Assembly (NCBI RefSeq): GCF_048403405.1
Contig: NZ_CP183129.1
DNA length: 64,000 bases
Reading direction: 5' to 3' (one strand)
Origin: Escherichia coli
GTDB lineage: Bacteria; Pseudomonadota; Gammaproteobacteria; Enterobacterales; Enterobacteriaceae
This document shows, one piece after another, positions 34,503-44,468 of this stretch. Both the position numbers and the translations under genes were made by a program. How positions within the stretch are numbered: the first letter of the stretch is position 1; each line of letters begins with the position of its first letter. Under the pieces are notes generated by a model. That model was not told the origin of the DNA and did no database searches. It saw only the letters and a program-made list of their open reading frames with translations.

Positions 34503-35046
34503 TCCTGAAGAAAAGACAACGCGAGCCTTTTATCCCCTGCCCGTCTTGGGGATGCTGCTGTTTTGCGCAGCCGGCGGCAGTCAGGCGGCATTAACGGTGG
34601 TGGCGGATTATGGCGGGCAACCGGCAGCACCTTTTTATGACGCGATAAATAATGCCCCGAATGAATGGACAGCAAAGCCGGCGTCCCGCCCTCTGCCGTC
34701 CGTGATGGCCCCGTCAATGGTGTTGCCGGTTGAGACACCGGAAATGACGCCGGGGGAGGTGGATGACCGCGTCCTGCATTTACCGGGGATTGGGGCACTG
34801 TATCTGGTGGGGGATGATCCGTTATCCCGGGCATGGCTCACACAGCACGCAGCCCAGCTGAATGCAATGAATGCGGCCGGGATGGTGGTGAATGTGAAAT
34901 CGGAAACCGGGTTACAGGCGCTTCAGGCGCTGGCTCAGGGAGGACTGCTCTCCCCAGCTTCTGGCACCGATTTAGCTCACCGTCTTCAGTTATCACATTA
35001 CCCAGTTCTGATCACGGAAACCGGGTTGACCCAGCAGGTGAAGTAA
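34492..35046 (+). CDS. ICE conjugation-module secreted protein
   Basis: 184 aa with signal peptide (LLFCAAGGSQA). Confidence 0.55.
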   Translation: MRNNPEEKTTRAFYPLPVLGMLLFCAAGGSQAALTVVADYGGQPAAPFYDAINNAPNEWTAKPASRPLPSVMAPSMVLPVETPEMTPGEVDDRVLHLPGIGALYLVGDDPLSRAWLTQHAAQLNAMNAAGMVVNVKSETGLQALQALAQGGLLSPASGTDLAHRLQLSHYPVLITETGLTQQVK

Positions 35047-35243
35047 TGTTACCGCCGATATGGCCTTCAGATGGGGTTGACTCCCCGGCATTCTGGTTGG
35101 CCGTGCTGATGTGGTGCGTGTTCTTTGTTGTGATGAGACTCCTGGGGAAAAAAAACCGTCCTGCCCGCCGTCATCGTCACTGTCACGGGAAAGAATCGCG
35201 TGTACCGGAAAAAGAAAATCCGTCAGATCCTCCCTGGGGTTGA
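35046..35243 (+). CDS. small membrane protein
   Basis: 65 aa, one TM helix (AFWLAVLMWCVFFVVM); ATG overlaps upstream stop (TAATG). Confidence 0.45.
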   Translation: MLPPIWPSDGVDSPAFWLAVLMWCVFFVVMRLLGKKNRPARRHRHCHGKESRVPEKENPSDPPWG

Positions 35244-35273
35244 GTGCAGTGAGCACATTGTTTTCCGGACGTG

Positions 35274-35383
35274 TCGGTGAATTTTCAAACAGTGTTTCCA
35301 GTGGAAACGCTGGATGATTTTTGAACACTGTTTCCACTGGAAACACCGGTGAATTTTTAAACACTGTTTTCCGGGGTAACACC
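35274..35383. repeat. three tandem ~36-bp repeats, each containing the palindrome TGTTTCCA(C/G)TGGAAACA, upstream of traD
   Basis: Units start near 35275, 35311 and 35347 (GGTGAATTTTNAAACANTGTTTCCANTGGAAACNCNGG); palindromes at 35293-35308 and 35329-35345, third unit degenerate. A fourth copy lies at 61821-61836 upstream of ardC. Confidence 0.85.
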
Positions 35384-35401
35384 AAAAAAGAGTTTGAGAG
35401 A

Positions 35402-37549
35402 ATGAGTGATCGTTATGTGATAGAGGCCTGGCTGCGACCGGCGGTGGAATTGAACAGTGCTCTGGTGTCCGGCGGGGCGGCGTTTGTGTGTGCGGTAGCG
35501 CCCTGGGCAGTGGCATTGTCTCCGTCCGTGAGTTATGTCACCGCCGGTGCGTTTGCCGGTTTTTCCGCATTGCGGGCACATCAGGGATTCCGGGTATTAC
35601 GTTACCGCCGGAATCTCCGGCGTCTGCCCCGCTATCAGGTGACGTCGGCACAGGTGCCGGTCAGCCGGCAGCGTCTGTTTCTGGGAAAAGGGTTTCAGTG
35701 GCAGCAAAAACACACGCAACGCCTGCTGGAAACCCAGCGTCCGGAAGTGGAGCGGTATGTTCAGCCGCCGGCACATTACCGGCTGGCCCGGCAGTTTGAA
35801 CTCCGTTTTGAATCCCGTTTTCCGGCGGTTTGCCGGCTTTTGCAAAAAGACAGTTGGCTGAATCCGGTCCGCCCGCTGACGCCGGTGGGGGGGAATCCGG
35901 TGTTACACGGTGTGGAGCCGGATGAGGTGAATGTGACCATGGATTTGCGTGAACGGGTTGGTCATATGCTGGTACTGGGGACCACCCGTGTCGGCAAAAC
36001 CCGTCTGGCGGAAGTGCTGATCACTCAGGATATCCGCCGGGGGAATATCACGATTGTTTTTGATCCGAAAGGGGATGCGGATTTATTGCGCCGGATGTGG
36101 GCGGAAGCGCATCGTGCGGGGCGCAGTGAGGAGTTTTATGTTTTTCACTTGGGCTGGCCTGATATCAGTGCCCGTTATAACGCCATCGGGCGTTTTGGCC
36201 GAGTATCGGAAGTCGCGGGGCGGGTTGCCGGCCAGTTATCCGGGGAAGGGAACAGCGCGGCGTTCCGGGAGTTTGCCTGGCGGTTTGTTAATATCATTGC
36301 CCGGGCACTGGTTGCTCTGGGGGAGCGTCCGGATTATGCCAAAATTTTACGTTATGTCACCAATATCGGGGAACTCTATCAGACATATTCGATGCAGGTG
36401 ATTAAAGCACAACTACCTGATTTGTTTGCCCAAATCGAGAATGCGCAGAACGCGCTGACGGTCGAGGATGTGCCCCGTCATCTGCAAAGTGATCCGAAAG
36501 CTGTGGCTATCTGGGCAACGGAGCTGGCGTTAAGTAGTGAGAAAGGGAAAAAAATCTATGATCCGATTTTGGACGGGCTGCGCAGTGCGATCCGTTATGA
36601 CCGGACCTATTTTGATAAAATAGTGGCTTCTCTGCTGCCGTTACTGGAAAAACTGACTACCGGAAAAACTGCCGCCCTGTTGTCGCCGGATTACACCAAT
36701 ATGCAGGATCCCCGTCCGATTTTTGACTGGCAGCAGGTGATTCGGAAAAAAGGGATTGTATATGTCGGGCTGGATGCGTTATCGGATGCGGAAGTGGCGG
36801 CAGCGGTGGGGAATTCCATGTTTGCGGATTTGGTCTCGGTAGCCGGGCATATTTATAAATTCGGGACTCAGGATGGACTGCCGGAGGATGAGCACGCCGG
36901 AAAATTACCGATCAGCCTGCATTGCGATGAATTTAATGAACTGATGGGGGATGAATTTATTCCGTTACTGAACAAGAGCGGCGGCGCGGGGATTGAAGTG
37001 ACGGCCTACACACAGACCTGGTCTGATATTGAAGCCCGGCTGGGGAATGCGGCGAAATCGGCGCAGGTCACCGGTAACTTTAATACGCTGGTGATGTTGC
37101 GTGTCCGTGAACTGATGACCGCGAAATTACTGACGGAACAGTTACCGGAAGTGGATATTTACACCAAAACCCTGGTATCCGGGATCACCGATATTTCCAA
37201 TCCGAGGCAGGGGAGTGATTTTACCTCCAATACCCAGGACAGGGTCAGTATGGTGGCTAAACCGCTGCTGTTACCGGCAGATATTATTCAGTTACCGAAA
37301 GGACAGGCGTTTGCGCTGCTGGAAGGCGGGAAGTTATGGAAAATCAGGATGCCCCTGCCGGCGGCAGAGGCTGATGCCCTGATGCCACCGGATTTACAAA
37401 AAATCGCACAGTATATGGAGAAAAATTACCGTACCGGCGAAACTTGGTGGACTGCGTCATCATTTTCGGATGCGCGGTATGACAGCGGCGGTATGAATGT
37501 GGCTGAGATGGCACCGGATACCGAAGGGGGCAACGATGGCAACTGCTGA
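35402..37549 (+). CDS. traD: conjugative coupling protein TraD/VirD4 family (GI-type ICE)
   Basis: 715 aa from ATG 35402; N-terminal TM helices, Walker A LGTTRVGKT, Walker B-like hydrophobic stretch followed by D. Confidence 0.85.
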   Translation: MSDRYVIEAWLRPAVELNSALVSGGAAFVCAVAPWAVALSPSVSYVTAGAFAGFSALRAHQGFRVLRYRRNLRRLPRYQVTSAQVPVSRQRLFLGKGFQWQQKHTQRLLETQRPEVERYVQPPAHYRLARQFELRFESRFPAVCRLLQKDSWLNPVRPLTPVGGNPVLHGVEPDEVNVTMDLRERVGHMLVLGTTRVGKTRLAEVLITQDIRRGNITIVFDPKGDADLLRRMWAEAHRAGRSEEFYVFHLGWPDISARYNAIGRFGRVSEVAGRVAGQLSGEGNSAAFREFAWRFVNIIARALVALGERPDYAKILRYVTNIGELYQTYSMQVIKAQLPDLFAQIENAQNALTVEDVPRHLQSDPKAVAIWATELALSSEKGKKIYDPILDGLRSAIRYDRTYFDKIVASLLPLLEKLTTGKTAALLSPDYTNMQDPRPIFDWQQVIRKKGIVYVGLDALSDAEVAAAVGNSMFADLVSVAGHIYKFGTQDGLPEDEHAGKLPISLHCDEFNELMGDEFIPLLNKSGGAGIEVTAYTQTWSDIEARLGNAAKSAQVTGNFNTLVMLRVRELMTAKLLTEQLPEVDIYTKTLVSGITDISNPRQGSDFTSNTQDRVSMVAKPLLLPADIIQLPKGQAFALLEGGKLWKIRMPLPAAEADALMPPDLQKIAQYMEKNYRTGETWWTASSFSDARYDSGGMNVAEMAPDTEGGNDGNC

Positions 37550-38285
37550 GGTACGTCAGGAAACCCCGCGTCACCCGGCAAAAGACCCCGGTTTGCCGGC
37601 TAAATTGTTGTGGCACTGGCCGTGGGCCATCATCGGGGTATTACTGGCCTCCTGGGTATGCAGTCTGTTGATTGAGTGGGTCGGGATTGCGTTTTTCTGG
37701 GCGGACGAAGGGGCGGAGCACAGCCGGCAGGTGATGTTAACCGAGAGCGGGTATCTGTCAGAAGGGTTTACCCGTAGTCTGCTGATGTCCAGTCCGGCGC
37801 AGTGGCTGGCTCATACCGTTGAACAGGCATACCGGTGGCTGTTTGTGGAGTCCGGGCTGATGGAGAGCTGGCAGAACGTGTATCCTGTCAGCGGGAATGC
37901 AGTTGCCCGTGAACTGGATGACTGGCGGATTTGGTTTGTGTCCGAGCTGAGAGACTATCTGCTGGCGACGGTTTATGTGACGCTGACCTTTTTTATCCGG
38001 GTGACTATTCTGGTGCTGTCGATGCCCCTGTTTGTTATGGTGCTGTTGGTGGGCATGGTGGAAGGCTTTAACCGGCGTGATTTGCGGCGTTATGGTGCCG
38101 GGTATGAATCCAGTTTTGTGTATCACCACGCCAAGCGTTTTGTTAAGCCGGCCTTTTTTGTTCCGTGCATGATTTATCTGTCCTGGCCGTCTGCCATTTA
38201 CCCTAATCTGGTGTTGTTACCGGCGGCTCTGTTGTTCGGGCTTGCGGTGGCAGTGGCTACCGCGTCATTTAAAAAATATTTATAG
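37536..38285 (+). CDS. ICE conjugation-module integral membrane protein
   Basis: 250 aa, several TM helices; start overlaps traD end. Confidence 0.6.
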   Translation: MATAEVRQETPRHPAKDPGLPAKLLWHWPWAIIGVLLASWVCSLLIEWVGIAFFWADEGAEHSRQVMLTESGYLSEGFTRSLLMSSPAQWLAHTVEQAYRWLFVESGLMESWQNVYPVSGNAVARELDDWRIWFVSELRDYLLATVYVTLTFFIRVTILVLSMPLFVMVLLVGMVEGFNRRDLRRYGAGYESSFVYHHAKRFVKPAFFVPCMIYLSWPSAIYPNLVLLPAALLFGLAVAVATASFKKYL

Positions 38286-38372
38286 GCGCTGGGCAGAGAC
38301 ACACAACACTTGTTTTTGTGTGTCTCTGTCAGCAGACAAGCGGCTAGGCCGCGCGTCAGTGGTGTGATGGGG

Positions 38373-38981
38373 TTATCCTGCGCTGATTGATGGATTGATG
38401 AGTGTGAGCAGTAAATAAAGTGGCGGGTTGTCTGTCGTGATGAGTTGCCAGCCACATTGTGTCAGCAGTTCAGCTAGTGCGGCGATATCACCTCCGATTT
38501 TTACAGGTAGGTGTGCGGTCTGATGACCGTCAGTATCAAAAGCCTGCTCCAGTGCATTTTTGGATAAACAGATGGTGTTGCTGAGCGTATCCGGGCTCAC
38601 CGCATGTCGTCTGTGCCACGATTTATCACTCAATAACTGATAGGCAAAGCCTGCCTCCTTGGCCGATTCAAGCGCATAAGTGAGCCGGAACAGATCGCTC
38701 TGCTCGTGTAATGCGCCTGTACAGGAGCGGTACAGATAATCCAGTTTTTGTGGCAGTTTGGCCCGGCTCCCCAGTGTACGTCCCTGTTGAAGCAGCCAGT
38801 CAATATCCGGCGTAACGTCACGGTCAAAACGGCGTTGCTTTTTGGCGGTTGCCAGCCAGCGTATTAAAAACAGGTTTTTCTGCATGTCGGACTGCACCAG
38901 CCCCTCCCTGCGGGCCAGATGCAGGGCAACCAGTGCACACCAGGCAAAATGCCCAGTTTTTCGGGTGATGGTCTGACTCAT
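38373..38981 (-). CDS. hypothetical protein (opposite strand within conjugation module)
   Basis: 202-aa ORF, the only minus-strand gene inside the T4SS block; followed by an AT-rich divergent intergenic region 38982-39127. Confidence 0.5.
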   Translation of the reverse strand: MSQTITRKTGHFAWCALVALHLARREGLVQSDMQKNLFLIRWLATAKKQRRFDRDVTPDIDWLLQQGRTLGSRAKLPQKLDYLYRSCTGALHEQSDLFRLTYALESAKEAGFAYQLLSDKSWHRRHAVSPDTLSNTICLSKNALEQAFDTDGHQTAHLPVKIGGDIAALAELLTQCGWQLITTDNPPLYLLLTLINPSISAG

Positions 38982-39127
38982 AGGCTCACTTTTATTTATT
39001 CATTTCAGCTATTTTCGCAAAAAGCAAGCAATATAAAATTAAAAAATTTGGAAAACTAATTGTTTGCTGTTTTTTCTATCCGCCTTTTTTACCCTGACTC
39101 CACGTTAACCGTCTTTAAGGAGTCGTT

Positions 39128-39454
39128 ATGCGATTATTTTCTCCGCTTATTTCCCTGTTTGCGTTGGTTGTCAGTGCATTTGGGGTATTGCCTGCTCAGG
39201 CCGCTGAAAAAGATGAACTGGCGCTGACGTTAAAGCAGCTCGATCACATCCAGGCCAGCCTGGAGCGCGCCCGTATTCAGGCAAATCAGGACAATCACGC
39301 CCGTTTTTATTTTGATTATTCCCGCGCCTCCAGAGAGGTGGAGATTATCCGGCAGGGGATTGTCCGCTATCTGGAGCCTTCCCGGGCCCAGCCCACGGTG
39401 CCGGTTAATGTGGCGGAGCCGCTGCGCGGGGATTACCGCCGGGAGCAGCGATGA
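39128..39454 (+). CDS. RAQPRD-family ICE/plasmid protein
   Basis: 108 aa with signal peptide and C-terminal PSRAQPTVP motif resembling the RAQPRD family (recalled); RBS AAGGAG. Confidence 0.6.
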   Translation: MRLFSPLISLFALVVSAFGVLPAQAAEKDELALTLKQLDHIQASLERARIQANQDNHARFYFDYSRASREVEIIRQGIVRYLEPSRAQPTVPVNVAEPLRGDYRREQR

Positions 39455-39690
39455 ATCCGTCACAGCAGGCGGCATTTGAGGCTGCTGCCGGCTCGGGGAT
39501 GTCTCCGGCTGTTCTGAATCTGTTGTGTATCGGGGCATTACTGGCGGTGCTGTTTTTATGGGCAGCCTGGGGACTGGTCGATGTTTACCGGGGCTGGGCA
39601 AATGAAAATGTTCGTACTGCAAGGGTGGGGCAGTTTGCTGTCCGGGCAGTGATATTACTGGTGGTCTGCATCTGGATGTTTGCCAGTTGA
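39451..39690 (+). CDS. small ICE membrane protein
   Basis: 79 aa, two TM helices; translationally coupled to neighbours. Confidence 0.6.
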   Translation: MNPSQQAAFEAAAGSGMSPAVLNLLCIGALLAVLFLWAAWGLVDVYRGWANENVRTARVGQFAVRAVILLVVCIWMFAS

Positions 39691-39716
39691 GTGTGCTGTT
39701 TAATTTATTTTACAGA

Positions 39717-40100
39717 ATGAAAGGTCATTTTATGGATATGAAATCATTTTGGGGACGTGGTGTCCGTCGTATTGGTGCGTCAGTGGTGACGTTATTCACT
39801 TTATTCAGTCTGATGCCGGCGTATGCCGCACTGCCTTCGGTGGAACCCCCTTCTTCCGGTGGCGGCGGCGGACTGATGGACACCATTAAAGGCTATCTTA
39901 ATGACGGCATTGTGATTGGCGGGCTGGTTGTGGCTGCGACGGCTTTTATCGTGGTGGCCATTGCCGCGGTCACCACGTTCAATGAAGTGCGCGACCAAAA
40001 GGCTGGCTGGGGTAAATTCGGTACAATTATTGTAGTCGGTGTCGTCCTGATTGTGGCGGTCGTCTGGCTGGCCGGAAAATCCGCCACTATTATTTTTTAA
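39717..40100 (+). CDS. ICE membrane protein (possible pilin-like component)
   Basis: Signal peptide plus long hydrophobic C-terminal region (GIVIGGLVVAATAFIVVAIAAV); start codon uncertain (ATG 39717, 39732 or 39738). Confidence 0.5.
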   Translation: MKGHFMDMKSFWGRGVRRIGASVVTLFTLFSLMPAYAALPSVEPPSSGGGGGLMDTIKGYLNDGIVIGGLVVAATAFIVVAIAAVTTFNEVRDQKAGWGKFGTIIVVGVVLIVAVVWLAGKSATIIF

Positions 40101-40112
40101 GCGGAGGCAACG

Positions 40113-40529
40113 ATGCAGACCATCGATTTTATGCCGGATCGCTTAAATGCAGAGCCCACCGTCTTTCGCGGATTTACCACCCATGAAATGTTTGCCGCCG
40201 CCGGTGTCGGTTGTGTGGGCGGGAGCGTTATCAGTATCCCGCTGTTACCGCTGGCCGGGTGGGTGATCCTGCCGACCGGCGCGTTGATAATGCCGCTGTT
40301 GGTGGTGTTTTTTGGCGGCACTTTTCTGACCCGTATCAAACGCGGAAAACCGGAAAATTATCTCTACCGCCGATTGTCCTGGAAACTGCAAACCGGGTTT
40401 GCCCGCACATTGCCGCTGACCGGACGGCTGACTGAAAAATCCCTCATCACCGTATCTCAGGGCTGGTTTTTACGCCGGACGCAGGCGCTGTCACTGTGCC
40501 GGTATATCGCCGGAGGCCGCCATGAGTAA
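40113..40529 (+). CDS. ICE conjugation-module membrane protein
   Basis: 138 aa with two hydrophobic helices. Confidence 0.6.
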   Translation: MQTIDFMPDRLNAEPTVFRGFTTHEMFAAAGVGCVGGSVISIPLLPLAGWVILPTGALIMPLLVVFFGGTFLTRIKRGKPENYLYRRLSWKLQTGFARTLPLTGRLTEKSLITVSQGWFLRRTQALSLCRYIAGGRHE

Positions 40530-41166
40530 ATTTCGTCATGCCCTGCAAAACCGGGACCAGCACATTCTGACACTGCGGATGATCTGCGGGGTGCTGGTGC
40601 TCTGCCTGTTTGTGGCCTTTGCCGGCTGGATGCGGGCGCCGGCTAAACTGACGATCCATAATCCGCCGGATTTGCGCTCCGGCAGTACCCGGGCATGGTG
40701 GGAAGTGCCGCTGCCGACGGTGTACGCTTTCAGCTTTTATATTTTTCAGCAACTGAATGCCTGGCCGAAAGACGGCGAGGTGGATTATCCGCGAAAGATT
40801 GCACAGCTCAGTGCCTATCTGACGCCGTCCTGCCGGGCGTATTTTGAGAAAGAGGCCGCTTACCGTACTACGCTCGGGGAGCTGAAAGGGCGTTCCCGGG
40901 TGGTGTATGAGATCCCGGGACGCGGGTTCAGTGAGGATAAAGTCCGGGTGATTGACCGGGATAACTGGATCGTGCGCCTGGATTTGGTAGCGGATGAATA
41001 TTTTAGCGCGGAGCCGGTCAAGCGAGCGACGGTACGTTATCCGGTGAAAGTGGTGCGCTGGGAGGGCGATCCGGAAAGTAATCCGTTTGGTCTGGCCCTG
41101 GACTGCTATGACGGGCTGCCTCAGCGTCTGGAAGCGGCGGAGCAGAATAAGGAGGTCAGTCAATGA
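40522..41166 (+). CDS. ICE conjugation-module protein
   Basis: 214 aa, N-terminal TM helix; overlaps neighbours by 8 and 4 bp. Confidence 0.6.
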   Translation: MSKFRHALQNRDQHILTLRMICGVLVLCLFVAFAGWMRAPAKLTIHNPPDLRSGSTRAWWEVPLPTVYAFSFYIFQQLNAWPKDGEVDYPRKIAQLSAYLTPSCRAYFEKEAAYRTTLGELKGRSRVVYEIPGRGFSEDKVRVIDRDNWIVRLDLVADEYFSAEPVKRATVRYPVKVVRWEGDPESNPFGLALDCYDGLPQRLEAAEQNKEVSQ

Positions 41167-42059
41167 GCATAAAACGTCATCTGACGGCCTGTGCTCTGGG
41201 GATTTCGGCGGTGTTTTCTGTGGCCGCTCTGCCGCTGCCGGTGCAGGCGGTAGAGCTGGTCCGCTGGGAGCGTATTCCGTTACCGGTTTCTCTGCATGTG
41301 GGGGAAGAGCGCATTGTGTTTGTGGAAAAAAATGTGCGTGTCGGTTTTCCACCGTCTCTGAATGAGAAACTGCGGATCCAGAGTACCGGAGGGGCGGTGT
41401 ACCTGCGGGCGGAAAGCGCCTTCCCGCAGACCCGCCTTCAGTTACAGGATGTGGAAAGCGGGGAAATCCTGTTGCTGGATGTGACGGCCACTGCCGGTAA
41501 AGGGAAGCTGGAGCCGGTGCGGGTGGTGTACAGCGGTGAAGTCAGTACGCAGCGTGACAGTCAGAGCGTCAGACGCAGCGGGCAGGCTGCGGGGGCAGCA
41601 GCCGATGCCGTACCGGAAAGCGTGGACCGCAAAGCGAAAACCCGTTATCCGGCGCCGTTACCGGTCTTACTGACCCGTTATGCCGCCCAGAGTCTGTATG
41701 CACCGTTAAGAACAGTGGAGCCGGTGTCTGGCGTACAACCTTTGCCACTGACCTTACCAAAAACACTGACAGCACTCTACCCGTCTGAACCACTGATCGC
41801 GCGGCCGCTGGCCGGCTGGCAGGCGGCGGAGTACCGGGTGGTGGCGGTGAAACTGACCAATCAGTCCGCTCAGAAAGTCGTGCTGGATCCCCGTCAGTTG
41901 CAGGGGCAGTTTGTCAGCGCCACGTTCCAGCATCAGTGGCTGGACGCGAAGGGCACACCGGAGGATACCACCACAGTGTATCTGGTGATGAAAGGCAAAC
42001 CGGATAAGGCGTTTCCTGCGGAGCCGCCTGTCCGGAGGACGGGAGGGAAAGCCCGATGA
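41163..42059 (+). CDS. ICE conjugation-module periplasmic protein
   Basis: 298 aa with signal peptide (AVFSVAALPLPVQA). Confidence 0.6.
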   Translation: MSIKRHLTACALGISAVFSVAALPLPVQAVELVRWERIPLPVSLHVGEERIVFVEKNVRVGFPPSLNEKLRIQSTGGAVYLRAESAFPQTRLQLQDVESGEILLLDVTATAGKGKLEPVRVVYSGEVSTQRDSQSVRRSGQAAGAAADAVPESVDRKAKTRYPAPLPVLLTRYAAQSLYAPLRTVEPVSGVQPLPLTLPKTLTALYPSEPLIARPLAGWQAAEYRVVAVKLTNQSAQKVVLDPRQLQGQFVSATFQHQWLDAKGTPEDTTTVYLVMKGKPDKAFPAEPPVRRTGGKAR

Positions 42060-43552
42060 AAGTGAAATCCAATACGCTGGTCAAAATTCTGGTGCCGTCC
42101 GCACTGGCGTTGGCGGTGCTGATTGGTATCAAAAGCTGCCAGCCCGACACGCCGGTCACCGGCAGCGGACAGGACAACCTGTCTCAGTCAATCAATGACC
42201 TTGACCCAGGGGAGCTGAAGTCACTCGGGATTGAGGGGGATACCCCGGCCGATACACTGAGGACGCTGATTGGCACTATGAAAACGGTACGTGACCGTCA
42301 GGCGGAATTGATCGCCCAGAATGAGAAATTGCTGGAAGAGAATGCGCAGCTGCGTAACCGGCAGCAGAATGTGTCGGGGCAGATCCAGTCTGCGGTGGCT
42401 TCCGTCCGTCAGGAAGCGGAGAGTCAGCAGCGTGCCCTGCAACAGGAGCAGCAGACACTGATGCGGCGTCTGGATAGCCTGGGGGAAACGCTGACAGCAT
42501 CAGGTGGTCAGCCGGCTCAGGGCAGCGGACAAGGCGATATTCCGCTGGGACTGGGGCTGGATACCGGGGGCAGCGGACTGACGGTGAAAGACGGGTTGCT
42601 GTGGGCTGAGCCGCAGGATGCACAACCGGCTGAACCGGGGCGGATGGTGAACGGACAACCGGCTAAACCGGCGTTTCCGACCTCTTTTCTGGAGGATAAC
42701 GCCATTACCCGTCAGAAAGCGGAACTGGACCGGGTGGCCAAAAATCAGCGCACGCTCTCCGGTACAGTGGACGGTGAGGCCCATACCGAACCGGCGTACA
42801 CGATACCGGAGAATGCCACCCTGGTGGGCAGCCAGGCGATGACGGCGTTGCTGGGGCGGGTGCCCATTGACGGTAAAGTGACCGATCCGTATCCGTTCAA
42901 GGTGGTGGTGGGAAAAGACAACCTCACGGCGAACGGCATTGAGTTACCGGATGTGGAAGGGGCGGTGATCAGCGGCTCGGCCACCGGTGACTGGACATTG
43001 TCCTGTGTGCGCGGGGATATCACCTCGATCACCTTTGTTTTTACGGACGGCACGATCCGCACGGTGCCGAAGCCGGCTGACCGGACGGACGGCGGCAGTC
43101 AGGCCAACAGCGGACAGAATGCCCGTAATAACGGCGGGTCGCTCGGCTGGATTTCAGATGAGAGCGGGATCCCGTGTATCAGCGGTGAACGTAAAACCAA
43201 TGCCGGCACCTATCTGCCGACCCTGTTTGCCCTGACGGCAGCGGCCTCGGCCGGGGATGCGATGTCGCAGAGTCAGTATACCGCGCAGAACAACGGGTAC
43301 GGTATCACCTCCTCGCTCTCTGGGGATGCGGGGAAAGCGGCGCTGGGCAGTGCCATCGGCGGCGGGTTTAAGGATGTGGCGGACTGGGTGAAATCCCGCT
43401 ACGGGCAGACCTTTGATGCGGTGTATGTGCCGCCGGGGCAGAAAGTCGCGGTGCATATCAGCCGTCAGATCCCGGTGGATTATGAATCGCAGGGACGCCG
43501 GGTGAATTACGGTTTTTCACTGACAGAGGGTGAGGAAGGAGGTCTGGAGTGA
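42056..43552 (+). CDS. ICE conjugation-module protein (coiled-coil plus C-terminal beta-rich domain)
   Basis: 498 aa; N-terminal TM/lipobox-like (GIKSCQ), coiled-coil (residues ~80-140). Confidence 0.6.
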   Translation: MKVKSNTLVKILVPSALALAVLIGIKSCQPDTPVTGSGQDNLSQSINDLDPGELKSLGIEGDTPADTLRTLIGTMKTVRDRQAELIAQNEKLLEENAQLRNRQQNVSGQIQSAVASVRQEAESQQRALQQEQQTLMRRLDSLGETLTASGGQPAQGSGQGDIPLGLGLDTGGSGLTVKDGLLWAEPQDAQPAEPGRMVNGQPAKPAFPTSFLEDNAITRQKAELDRVAKNQRTLSGTVDGEAHTEPAYTIPENATLVGSQAMTALLGRVPIDGKVTDPYPFKVVVGKDNLTANGIELPDVEGAVISGSATGDWTLSCVRGDITSITFVFTDGTIRTVPKPADRTDGGSQANSGQNARNNGGSLGWISDESGIPCISGERKTNAGTYLPTLFALTAAASAGDAMSQSQYTAQNNGYGITSSLSGDAGKAALGSAIGGGFKDVADWVKSRYGQTFDAVYVPPGQKVAVHISRQIPVDYESQGRRVNYGFSLTEGEEGGLE

Positions 43553-44034
43553 CGTATTTTGCGAAGCCGGGGGTGCTGGCTGTGACGCCGGTGACGTTTC
43601 CGCTGGTGTTTGTGTTCAGTGCCGGACAGGCCGGTTGTACTGGAAGTCATTTTTGCCTGACGGTGGCCGGTCATCAGGTGTTTGATGAGGAGCAACAGCA
43701 GCTGATTGCCGGCATGTCACCGGCGACGATACAGCTGGCGTGGCAGAGTACCGCCGGTGAGACGCCCGGGGCGGTTCTGTCTGTGGGCCGTCACCGGGTG
43801 GGGCTGAGTGACAACGACATTACCGTTTACCGGTTTGCCCCGCGGGATGAGGCGTGGCCGCAGGACAGTGACTGGGATCGCCTGCTGTACACCGTTTTTA
43901 AAGGGGAGGCGCCGGATAAAGCCGGCTGGCAATGTGTGCCTTTTTCACTATCTGAACTGAGCTGTCACGGTGAGTTTGCCCGGCTGACCTGCCGGGGGGC
44001 GATCCTGAAGGGCGCGGGAGGCGTCATATCATGA
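43549..44034 (+). CDS. ICE conjugation-module protein
   Basis: 161 aa; GTG start preceded by GAGGAAGGAGG; overlaps upstream stop. Confidence 0.55.
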   Translation: MTYFAKPGVLAVTPVTFPLVFVFSAGQAGCTGSHFCLTVAGHQVFDEEQQQLIAGMSPATIQLAWQSTAGETPGAVLSVGRHRVGLSDNDITVYRFAPRDEAWPQDSDWDRLLYTVFKGEAPDKAGWQCVPFSLSELSCHGEFARLTCRGAILKGAGGVIS

Positions 44035-44468
44035 GAATGATGAAATGTGTGATGAAAAGCAGAGTGCTGTGCGCACTGGTGTTGTTGCTGGCCGGCTGTG
44101 CCACCTCCAAAGAGGAGCTGCTGCCGGCGGGAAACAGCGACATGATGGCCATCTGGTCCGGCAGACAGGCTGATCCGAACGGTGCGGCGGACAGCCGGAC
44201 GGTGACGGAGACCGCCCGCAGCGCCCTGCGACGCGCCCTGACGAATGATGAAGCCGCGCGCCTTCAGCAGGCGGACACCGCGTATACCCGGACACAAAGC
44301 AGTGAGATCCATCAGCAGTTTCCGCGTCTGCCGAACCCGGACATGGTGATGTATGTGTTCCCGCATCTCTCGGCCGGCAATCTGCCGGTGCCGGGATACA
44401 GTACGGTGTTTCCGTTTTACCATCAAGTGCAGTATGCCCTGCCGGGTGAGCGTGTGGAGGGCTTGTGA
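44031..44468 (+). CDS. ICE conjugation-module lipoprotein
   Basis: 145 aa, lipobox LLAGCA. Confidence 0.6.
   Translation: MRMMKCVMKSRVLCALVLLLAGCATSKEELLPAGNSDMMAIWSGRQADPNGAADSRTVTETARSALRRALTNDEAARLQQADTAYTRTQSSEIHQQFPRLPNPDMVMYVFPHLSAGNLPVPGYSTVFPFYHQVQYALPGERVEGL

Noticed and set aside
35223..35516. 97-aa minus-strand ORF spanning the traD upstream repeats
   Set aside because: Its repetitive translation is produced by the tandem DNA repeats themselves; a regulatory region is the better explanation.
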